A stretch of DNA of 61,391 nt, the filler included, from Piptocephalis cylindrospora (lineage: Eukaryota): NCBI GenBank assembly GCA_003614145.1. It is 5 parts of 5 records of this genome, joined end to end, with 100 filler letters (N's around TTAATTAATTAA, not from the genome) between each part and the next. Parts side by side here need not be neighbours in the genome. Positions count along the whole stretch, not along the records: positions 12,354 to 24,587 come from KZ987977.1; positions 24,688 to 36,892 come from KZ987978.1; 3 more parts are not named here. One strand, 5' to 3'. The translations under genes and the position numbers were made by a program. Shown in pieces: positions 15,512 through 25,501 of this stretch. Each line of letters opens with the position of its first letter. Positions within the stretch are counted from its first letter, which is position 1. Below the pieces are notes generated by a model. It worked only from the letters and a program-made list of their open reading frames with translations. It was not told the origin of the DNA and ran no database searches.

Positions 15512-16140
15512 TTAAATTATATATAATTTGTTTTAAAAATGTTAAAATTCAATATAACGAGAAACACACTCATATGTATTTAAAATTGTAAAATAATACA
15601 TCTGTTTTATAAATCCCGTAAGGATTTATCGTCACCATTTTCAAATCCATCATGCAATGATGGATTTGACACCGGTGACTAGCCCCCTAACGGGGGTGAT
15701 AAAATATAATAAATATCTTTGAGTGCATAAGCACTTTAGTCCCTTTAGAGGGACAATATTTAAAAATATCTTAGGGTTATCTCATTAGATTATCATAAAA
15801 TAGGGTTTGATTTATGATGTAATCCTTTGGAATATTATCTTTATATAGCCAATGATTTTATAAATTATAGTATGGTTATTTTCTATTTATACTAAAATGT
15901 GATTATTAAAATATAAATCATTTAACGATAAAAAATTACATAAGTAGGATTTTCCACCTTTGGTGAAAAATTACTATATTATTAGACAGGTGCATACACC
16001 TGACTCGACACATATTGCGTGTCTTGTAAAAGTTAAATAATTTAATCAAAAAATTATGTTCAAAATAACAGATATATAATATCTTATATATAAATTATAT
16101 TAAAACCAAAAGGTTTTTAATTTTAACATTGAATTATTTA

Positions 16141-16833
16141 TTAAGAAAATGGAGGATAATAACTAATTACTAAGATTAAAAAAATAATACTACTAAATAA
16201 AGATAAATAACATAATATTATAATACCAGTTAATAATATTCCTCTTATTTTACTCATTAAATTAAAATACATTTTTAAAATTTTATTATTAATATTTTTT
16301 GTAATTACAGTAAAAAGATTTGGATATTTTAAATTTATAAGAATAATAGTAAAAAGATAAATACTTAATATAATAAAAAGCATAGATACTATAATCATAC
16401 CTAAATATGGATCAGATACATGTAAAATATATTCTAAAGGTGAATTTATAATATTATGTTCAAATTCTTTATCCATAATTTGAATACTTTTATCATTGTA
16501 ATCATTTTTAATAAATTTTTCTTCAGGTAAACCTTCTGATCTATCTGTATAAGTTGGTCTTTTTATAGAAGTAGGTTTAGATATTTCTTTTGATTGATTA
16601 TCATCAAAAGATTCATGGTTTAAATAATCACCACTCATACAATAAATAACATCATTAAAGCATGATTGACAAATAAAACTTAAAACCAATAACATAAAAT
16701 ATAAAACAATGGGACTATAAATTAATTTTATAAAAAAGAAAGTTATATTATTAGACAGGTGCATACTACTGACTCGACACGCAATGCGTGTCTCGTAAAA
16801 TAACTCTTTATATAATTTAATAATTAAATACAT
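16141..16833 (-). CDS. mitochondrial ORFan orf230, predicted membrane protein
   Basis: 230-codon frame with AT-rich codon use and three hydrophobic segments; paralogous to the ORF at 24000. Confidence 0.55.
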   Translation of the reverse strand: MYLIIKLYKELFYETRIACRVSSMHLSNNITFFFIKLIYSPIVLYFMLLVLSFICQSCFNDVIYCMSGDYLNHESFDDNQSKEISKPTSIKRPTYTDRSEGLPEEKFIKNDYNDKSIQIMDKEFEHNIINSPLEYILHVSDPYLGMIIVSMLFIILSIYLFTIILINLKYPNLFTVITKNINNKILKMYFNLMSKIRGILLTGIIILCYLSLFSSIIFLILVISYYPPFS

Positions 16834-17015
16834 AAAATATTTTTTTTTTACTATAAAAATCTAATAACTTGGATTGGACAGGTGCAAAGCACCTGACTCG
16901 AAACACACTTTTAGTGTGTGTCTCGTAAATAATAAATATATTTTTATATTACATTTATTATTTTATATACCCCTTTGGGATAACTCTATGGGTGAAGATT
17001 AAATATAATAACATT

Positions 17016-17087
17016 TGCGAGTAATAGGACTCGAACCTATTATTACCCGTTGGAAGCGGGTGAGTTTACCAATTAACTTATACTCGC
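17016..17087 (-). tRNA. trnG: mitochondrial tRNA-Gly(TCC)
   Basis: GCGAGTA/TACTCGC acceptor stem, CT-TCC-AA anticodon loop, GGTTCGAGTCC T-arm. Confidence 0.93.
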
Positions 17088-17243
17088 TATAGATTAATAA
17101 TCATTAAATATTTTAAATATTAAGGCAGGTGCATACACCTGACTTGATATGCGATGCGTGTCTCGTCGTCACCATTTTCAAATCCATCATAGCATGATGG
17201 ATTTGAAAACGATACGAGACATGCAATGCATGTCGAATTTTAA

Positions 17244-17315
17244 TGCCGGATAAGAGATTTGAACTCCCAATAAACTACTTACAAGGTAGTTGCTTTACCG
17301 TTAAGCTAATCCGAC
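17244..17315 (-). tRNA. trnT: mitochondrial tRNA-Thr(TGT)
   Basis: GTCGGAT/ATCCGGC acceptor stem, ACTAC-CTTGTAA-GTAGT anticodon arm. Confidence 0.92.
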
Positions 17316-17976
17316 ATATATTTGAAATAAATACATTCTATAAATAGATACCCATTACAATATAATGAATTTATTTTGGTGACTATTTAAAACCCTGTCG
17401 CCATCGTCGTCATCTTACAATGGTGACAGGTCTATAGATGACTATAACTCTTTCGGGTTTCAATAGATTTAATATATATCATTTTGTATTAATATATATA
17501 TATTATATTGAAGATGTTATTATATAAGTTGTTAATATATAAACTATCATATATATATAAAAGGTTTTAATTAAGCAAGTGCCCAAGATCAGAACACACT
17601 TTAAGTGTGTTCTGATCCCGTGCACCTGATTTTACACACATTTCACACCCTCCCCCTAAAGGGGGTGTGTATACCGTATATCTTGTATTAAGTTTAACAA
17701 TTTTTTAGTTTTATATATTGAGTATTATATATTTTAATCTTAATATATTTATACTATTATATATATATAATATATTCACATATACCTTATTCGCAAATTG
17801 GTGTACGTGGAATATATTTTACATCCTGGTATAAAGTACCTGATTTTATACATATTTCATATCCCCCTGAGGAGGGTGTGTACCATGTGTCTCGTAAAGT
17901 TTTAACTTAAAGGCAGGTGCAATGCACCTAACTCGACACGCTTTGCGTGTCTCGTAAAATGGAAATTCATTGAATA

Positions 17977-18572
17977 AATAATTTATAGAGATCTTAAGGA
18001 AAGTCTGGGAATTATATACATCATATTGGTTAATTTCCAATTAAAATAATTTATAGGTAAGTAAAAAAGAAATTAAAAATTAATCAGGCAAGTGTAAAAC
18101 ACCTAACTCGACATGCAATGCATGTCTTGTACTGTTTTCAAATTTGAAAATATATTCCTATGTAAATCATATTTTTCGTTATTATAATTTCATTTAATGG
18201 TTTTATTTGAGTCCAAAAGGCATTGTTTATTTAACCTTTTTTAAAGGATATTAAATTATTAAGATAAGTACAAAATTCTTAACTCAGTATACACTTTAAG
18301 TGTGTGCTTTGTAAAATTTTTACGTTAAAATCATACGAGACACACACTTTTAGTGTGTTTCGAGTCAGGTGCATTGCACCTGACTAGTGGGATTTTCCAC
18401 TAAAGGTGTTAAATCTAATAATAACAAGTTAACCAAAAATATAAAATTTTTGTAGTAGAATTATATCATCATTAAGTGAATATAAAAATTTTAAGACAGG
18501 TGCAATGCACCTGACTCGACACGCAATGCGTGTCTCGAAATTTTTAATACTAAATCCGGCTTATAATTGATT
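17977..18572 (+). ncRNA. rnpB: mitochondrial RNase P RNA (ends approximate)
   Basis: CR-I AAGGAAAGTCTGG (17996-18008) and CR-V ACTAAATCCGGCTTAT (18549-18564) can pair to form P4; AT-rich flanks could form P1. Confidence 0.8.
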
Positions 18573-18838
18573 ATCCTTTTTTTTATTTATTCGATGTTTT
18601 ACTCTATTTCAAAATTATTTAAAAAGACCTTAGGCAGGTACAATGTACCTGACTTGACACGCATTGCGTGTCTTGTAATATTAAGTTACTTTAGGTTAAA
18701 ATTTTTAATCTTCAAGACATGCGGTGCACACCCAGGTATTTTATACCTAATTCGACACGTATATCGTGTCTTGTATTATTTTAAATAGCAAAAAAAAAAA
18801 ATTCAATAGGATATAAAAGATATTTAATATATTTAAAT

Positions 18839-20752
18839 ATGGGTCCTAATTTTCCAATAAGTCGTAAATTAAATAAATTTAAAAAATCTAATTCCATATT
18901 ATATAAATTTAATTCAAAAAATAATATAATAATACAATCTCAAGAAAAATATCTATATTCTTTTTTTAATAATTTATTTCAAAATTTAATTATATCTAAA
19001 CCTAAGTTTAATTATAAAAATAATGAATTAAATATAAAAATATTATATTATTTAGATAATAATCTAGTATTAAGAAATCAATCGTCAAAATTTTCTCATT
19101 TTAATTCAATCCGAAAAGGAGGATTTTTATCAAAAAAAGGTACTAATTCTATATTATATAAATTTAATTTAAAAAATATTTCTACTAAGTGATTAATAAA
19201 TTCAACGGGTATTATTTTAAATAAAAAAAATAATCAGAATATTCAAATTGCTAATTCAACATATTTAAATTCAAATTTATCTAGTTCTTATAATACAAAA
19301 TTTTGATCTGATTATACTTTAAATGGTACTAAACATTTAACGGTATCAGAATTTTTACTTAATAACTTTTCTGATGTTTTTAAAATCAATAGTAAATATG
19401 AAAATATTAAATTTTTACAAAATTTTAATAAAAGTATTATAGATTCTGATAAGATTGAATTTTTAATGGCTTTAAAAAATTTAAAAGAGAAAAGTTTAAT
19501 TAATAATATAAACTTACAATCTTCAAATGCAAAAAAATTATCAAAAAATTCAAACCCCAATACGTGAAAATTATTTTTTTTAAATGAATTAAATTTAATT
19601 TTAAAATTATTTATAAATGCAGAATTAAATTTAAGTATTAATGATACTCTTGAATATTTAATTATATATAAAAAACAAAATTTAAAAAATTTAAATATTA
19701 AATTAAAAAATTTTAATGTAGGCGGACGTAAAGGATATAACTTTATGACTTCACAAAAATCTTTACATACTAAAGATTCTAAATTAAATATAAATACCAA
19801 TTATAATAATAATATAGGGCTAATATCTAATAAAGCACAAATCTTATCTAATATTAAAAAAACTCAATTTATTTTAAAGTTTTTAGAAAATTTAAAATTA
19901 GAAATATCTAATAAACCCTGCGTTAGCAGGGATTTGTCACCAAAGATGATGCATATCGAGTCAGGTGTAAAACACCTGTCTAATATATCTTCTAATTCTA
20001 ATATGTCATATTTTAAATATTCATCTAATCCATCTGATTCTATGTTAAAAATATTAGAAAATTATCTTTCTCTAAAATTAAATATAAAAACTAATATAAA
20101 CATGGTTAAATTAGAGAGTCCTTTATTAAATAGTTATGTTTTAGCAAAATATATTTCATTAAATTTAAAAAAACATAATGCATATTTTATATGAAGAAAA
20201 TTAAATCGATATATTAAAATTAATAATTTAAAACAATTTCAAGGACATTCTTTTTTATCTCAACATAATAGTTTAAATAATGATAAAAAAAATATGAATA
20301 ACTTATCTTTAATCACTAATTCTAATATTTTACATCCATCTTTATTTCAATTAGAATCTATAAAAAAAATTCTATATTTTACAAATAAATCTTTTATATC
20401 TAAAGATTCTTTATTAAAAGTTACTAATAATATTATAAAAAAAAATCTAATGTTAAATTCATCTAATTCTTTATTTTTAGGAGATGCATCTTTTATACAT
20501 AGATTTAAAAAATTATTACTTATTAAACTATGAATGAAAAATTTTTTTTCACAAAGAATTTCTGGTATAAAAATTAAAATATGTGGTAGATTTAATAAAA
20601 GAAAAGGTGCAACAAGAACTAAAGTTCAATATTATTCAAAAGGTTCTTTTAAATTTAATTCTATTGATTCTTTTATTGATTATGGTTATTTCGAAAGAAA
20701 AGATAGAAATGGTACTCAAACTATAAAAGTTTTTATTGCAAATAAATCTTAA
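18839..20752 (+). CDS. rps3: mitochondrial ribosomal protein S3 (637 aa with TGA=Trp)
   Basis: Single frame through TGA codons. N-terminal IISKPKF motif and C-terminal GIKIKICGRF...RT...KGS...RNGTQTIKV motif. Confidence 0.9.
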
Positions 20753-20994
20753 ATTTCTTACGAGACACACAATGTGTGTTGAGTCAGGTGCATTGCACCT
20801 GCCTTTATGCATTTCCCTCTTTTGGGAGGTATGCATCATGTGTCTCGTTGTCACCATTGGGTGACTAGACATCTTCAGACCCTAAGGGTCTTAGCCATCT
20901 CATGATGGCGTCGATGTCGAATAGTTTACATTAGTTTAATATTTCCATTTATGTGTATAACTTAAATCTATATAAAAATAATAAATTAAAATAT

Positions 20995-21825
20995 ATGTTA
21001 ATAAATTTAATTTTATGTATAGGAATTACACCTATTTTAATGGCTAAAGATAGCCTATTATCTATTTTATATATTTCAAATGATGCACCTGAACCTTGGC
21101 AAATAGGATTCCAAGATGAAGCTTCACCAATTATGGAAGGTATTGTTGAATTACATGATTCTATTCTTTTTTATTTAATAGTAATATTAGTTTTAATTAG
21201 TTGGATGATAGCTTCAATTATGTATAAAAATTCTTCTAAAAGATCTCATTTTGTATATAAATATGAAAATCATGGAACTTTAATTGAATTAATTTGGACA
21301 ATTACACCTGCATTTGTTTTAATTGCCATTGCATTTCCTTCTTTTAAATTATTATATTTAATGGATGAAGTAATAGCTCCAGCAATTACTATTAAAGCTA
21401 TAGGAAGACAATGATATTGAACTTATGAATATTCAGATTATATTAATGATAAAAATAATATAGATGAAAATTTAAATTTTGATTCTTATATGACTCCTAC
21501 TTCTGATTTAGAACCAGGTCAATTAAGATTATTAGAAGTTGATAATAGAATGGTTGTTCCTGTAGATACTCATATTAGAATTATTACTACAGGTGGTGAT
21601 GTAATTCATTCTTTTGCTGTTCCTTCATTAGGTCTTAAAATTGATGCTTTACCAGGTAGATTAAATCAAACTTCAACTTATATCCAAAGAGAAGGTGTTT
21701 TTTATGGACAATGTTCAGAATTATGCGGAGTATGGCATGGATTTATGCCAATTGTTGTTGAAGCTGTTCAAACTGAAGATTATTTATCTTGGTTATCTGA
21801 GCAAATAGATAACTCCCCTTTATAA
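20995..21825 (+). CDS. cox2: cytochrome c oxidase subunit 2 (alternative start 21040)
   Basis: [22 protein letters not shown] (via TGA), DVIHSFAVP and CuA site [12 protein letters not shown]. Intronless. Confidence 0.97.
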
Positions 21826-22283
21826 TAATTTATGCACCTGCCTCAATATTTATAAAATCCTGAGATTTTATATAAATCCTTACGGGATTTATAAAATTAT
21901 CCCTTTAAGGCATTATTAATAATTTTTTAAAACCTGTTATATATTTAACCTTAAAAGGGTCAAATTTGACACCTTTGATGGAAAATTCCACTTATGTAAT
22001 TTTAATAAATTTTTACTGAAATAAATTTTTAATTATAAATAAAATTATTATTACCTTATCTAAAAAAATATCTCGATATTAGTGCTTTGCATTTAAAAAA
22101 TAATTCCGAGACACGCAATGCGTGTCGAGTCAGGTGCATTGCACCTGTCTTTGATTTTTTTAATTTATTTTGAAATTCTACTTATGTAATTTTAGATAAG
22201 TGTTAAATTACTTACTAAGTAAGTGAAATTTTATATTAAATTCTTTTTGTACTTAACATAAACATAAATTTTATTTTTTTTGT

Positions 22284-23441
22284 ATGAGGTCTTTTAAAAG
22301 TCAACCTATTCTAAGTATAATAAATAGTTATATTTTAGATTCATCTTCACCTTCAAATATATCTTATCTTTGAAATTTTGGATCTTTATTAGGTTTATGT
22401 CTAATCATACAAATTATAACTGGAGTTACATTAGCAATGCACTATACTAGTCATGTTGATTTAGCTTTTATAAGTGTTGAACATATTATGAGAGATGTAA
22501 ATTTTGGATGATTAATTAGATATACTCATGCAAATGTTGCTTCATTCTTTTTTATTTTTGTTTATCTTCATATTGGTAAAGGATTATATTATGGATCTTA
22601 TAGAAAACCTAGAATTCTTTTATGGTCTATTGGTGTAATTATCTTTATTCTTATGATGGCTACAGCATTTTTAGGATATGTTCTTCCATGAGGAGGAATG
22701 TCTTTTTGAGGTGCAACAGTTATTACTAATATGTTATCTGCTATACCATGAATTGGTAAAGATGTTGTTGAATTTATTTGAGGTGGATTTAGTGTTGATA
22801 ACGCTACTTTAAATAGATTCTTTAGTTTACATTTTTTATTACCATTTATATTAGCAGCTTTAATTGTATTACATTTAATTAGTTTACACCAACATGGTTC
22901 AAATAATCCTGTAGGAATTACATCTAATTTAGATAGAATACCATTTGCACCATATTATATCTTTAAAGATTTAATTGGTTTTTATGCATTCTTTTTAATA
23001 CTAGCTATTTTTTTATTCTATGCACCTAATTATTTAGGACATCCAGATAATTATGTACCAGCAAATCCTTTAGTTACACCTCCTTCTATTGTACCTGAAT
23101 GGTATTTCTTACCTTTTTATGCAATATTAAGATCTATTCCTGATAAATTATTAGGAGTTGTAGCAATGTTTGGTGCTATTGTAATCCTTTTACTTTTACC
23201 AATACTTGATACATCTAGAATTAGAAGTAAAGCTTTTAGTCCTTTAAATAAATTCTTTTTTTGGATTTTTGTAAGTAATTTCTTTTTATTAGGTTGAATT
23301 GGAGGTAACCATGCTGAAGAACCTTTTATTTTTATAGGTCAAATTTGTACTTTATTTTATTTTGCATACTTTTTAATTCTTATCCCTATTATTGGTAAAT
23401 TAGAAAATTATTTAATTGATCTTTCAGAACCAAAAAGATAA
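22284..23441 (+). CDS. cob: apocytochrome b (385 aa; absent from ORF track because of TGA codons)
   Basis: [16 protein letters not shown]...[26 protein letters not shown] and [16 protein letters not shown] motifs. Intronless. Confidence 0.97.
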
Positions 23442-23882
23442 ATTTTAATTAATGTATTATAATATTATTTAATTCCCCATTATGAGATACGCAATGCATA
23501 TCGAATCAGGTGAATGCACCTGTTTTTATATTTGGTATTTTTATTATCTTTATATAATCTTATTATATATATTTAAATTATAATTAATAGGTTATACCTT
23601 TAGTTAATAAATAAAAATTTAACTCTTATTAGACACGTAGTATACACCCCCAAAAGGGGGTGTGAGATACGTGTCGAATCAGGTACATGCATTTGTTTAT
23701 ATGTTAATTATTCTTATTTTAATTAGACAAATGTTCTGTATTTACTCAATACGCATAGTGTACTCTGTATAATCATTTACATTTTATTCGACATCGACAC
23801 CATCATGAGATGGCTAAGACCCTTAGGGTCTGAAGATGTCTAGTCACCAATGGTGACGATAAAATTAAAAATTATTTTTACG

Positions 23883-23954
23883 AGGGAAATAATTTAATTG
23901 GTAAAATACTGGCCTTCAAATCCAGTTTCAAAGGTTCAAATCCTTTTTTCCCTG
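23883..23954 (+). tRNA. trnW: mitochondrial tRNA-Trp(TCA)
   Basis: AGGGAAA/TTTCCCT acceptor stem, CT-TCA-AA anticodon loop, AAAGGTTCAAATCCTTT T-arm. Confidence 0.9.
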
Positions 23955-23999
23955 TATCTAAATTTATAAAACCTTAAGGCAGGTGCATTGCACCTGCCT

Positions 24000-24449
24000 A
24001 TGTGTTTAATTATTAAATTATATAAAGAGTTATTTTATGAAACACGCATTGCGTGTTTTCTTTTATTGATTTTAAGTATTTTTTATCAATTTTATTTTTT
24101 TGATATTATTTATTGTATGAGCGATGATTATTTAAATATAAATAATCAAAATAATAATAATCAAGATAATAATAATCAAGATAATAATAATACATTAACT
24201 CAAACAAAAAATATATTAAATGAAACAAAAAGTATAGTTTCTGAAATAAATAAAAGTGATGTAATTAATTTACCTTTTGAATCTTTTCATTCTTTAATTA
24301 ATCCAATGTCTAATGTACCTTTAATAGCTGTTATTTTAGTATTTATCATATTTATTTTTTTAGGGTTACAATGTTTAAATTTTACGAGACACGCATTGCG
24401 TGTCGATATTTTTTTTTATGAGAAAATACCCCATGGGGATGACCCGTAG
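24000..24449 (+). CDS. mitochondrial ORFan orf149, paralog of orf230 (possibly 3'-truncated by repeat insertion)
   Basis: Shares M.LIIKLYKELFYETRIAC and D.IYCMS.DYLN with orf230; NNNQD repeats; one downstream hydrophobic segment. Confidence 0.5.
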   Translation: MCLIIKLYKELFYETRIACFLLLILSIFYQFYFFDIIYCMSDDYLNINNQNNNNQDNNNQDNNNTLTQTKNILNETKSIVSEINKSDVINLPFESFHSLINPMSNVPLIAVILVFIIFIFLGLQCLNFTRHALRVDIFFYEKIPHGDDP

Positions 24450-24587
24450 GGTTTTTAAAAATAATCCTAAATTTTAAAACTTCTTGAATTTTTTAAAACT
24501 ATTTTTAATAAAACTACACATTTATATTATATTTTATTTGTTTTTTTTAGCACCTGGCGCCATGACGTAGTCATGGGGCCCCACCAA

Positions 24588-24687
24588 NNNNNNNNNNNNN
24601 NNNNNNNNNNNNNNNNNNNNNNNNNNNNNNNTTAATTAATTAANNNNNNNNNNNNNNNNNNNNNNNNNNNNNNNNNNNNNNNNNNNN
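24588..24687. other. artificial contig linker
   Basis: N run + TTAATTAATTAA + N run. Confidence 0.98.
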
Positions 24688-25501
24688 GCTGGAGATATCA
24701 AGAAGGCGGTAAGGGGAGCTGGGATGGCAGCGAGGGAGATGTACTCAATGATGAGTAGTGTCTATGATAGGGTGTGACTGCGTAGATGTAAGCAGCAGAT
24801 TGACAAGGAAAGGAGTGGAACAAGAAGAAGATGGAGGAGACGAAAACTAGGGGAAACATTTGATCCAGAGTGGGTAGAAGCCCCAAGGAAGAATCACAGG
24901 ATGCATGGTAATCTTGGGATGCGAGAGGATATGCCGTTGCCGGGGGATGATGATGGTATGCCTACTCGTACCCTAAGTTTCCCTGACATGATTTCGAGAT
25001 CTTCATGGTGGTGGGCGTATCTTCGGGCAAGAGCGGGCTTCAGGGCTCTGTAGCACTCAAGAATCATTCATGGCATAGAATATGCTTTGAAGATTCTGCC
25101 CCTAGTAACACGCATGTTGACCTGATTGCAGGCAGTCAATGTGTTCGAATGTCCTTTAGCCAGCCCCATACGGGGTTATAAAATCCGGTTTTATCAATTA
25201 ATATACCGTAGTACTCAAAAAATATGATCAGATTATTACCGACTCTCGAATGCTAGTCTGCTACATGAAGCATTGTTATATGAACTGCAATAGGGACAAG
25301 TGAACAAAAAGACTTACGATGAATGTGTCAACGAAACCGGTCTATGAATTATTTATATCAATCGCTATTGCATCACCTGCTAGCGCCCCACACTATCGCC
25401 GTTGATGATTTCATGGCGATCATCGATCTGATAAATACTATGGTATTGCTCCAAGAGCTAGCAGAAAAAAAAGCCAAACTGTTCCATTTTCTCCAGAAGT
25501 A

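Noticed and set aside
17846..18788. Short mitochondrial ORFs 17846-18040 and 18567-18788 with ETR.AC-like peptides
   Set aside because: Translations of DHE copies in non-coding DNA; one overlaps rnpB antisense.
19312..19800. 162-aa minus-strand ORF in mtDNA
   Set aside because: Antisense shadow of rps3.
24698..24859. Short signal-peptide-like ORF MFPLVFVSSIFFLF...
   Set aside because: Only ~53 codons of pyrimidine-rich sequence at a contig edge; hydrophobicity can arise by chance.
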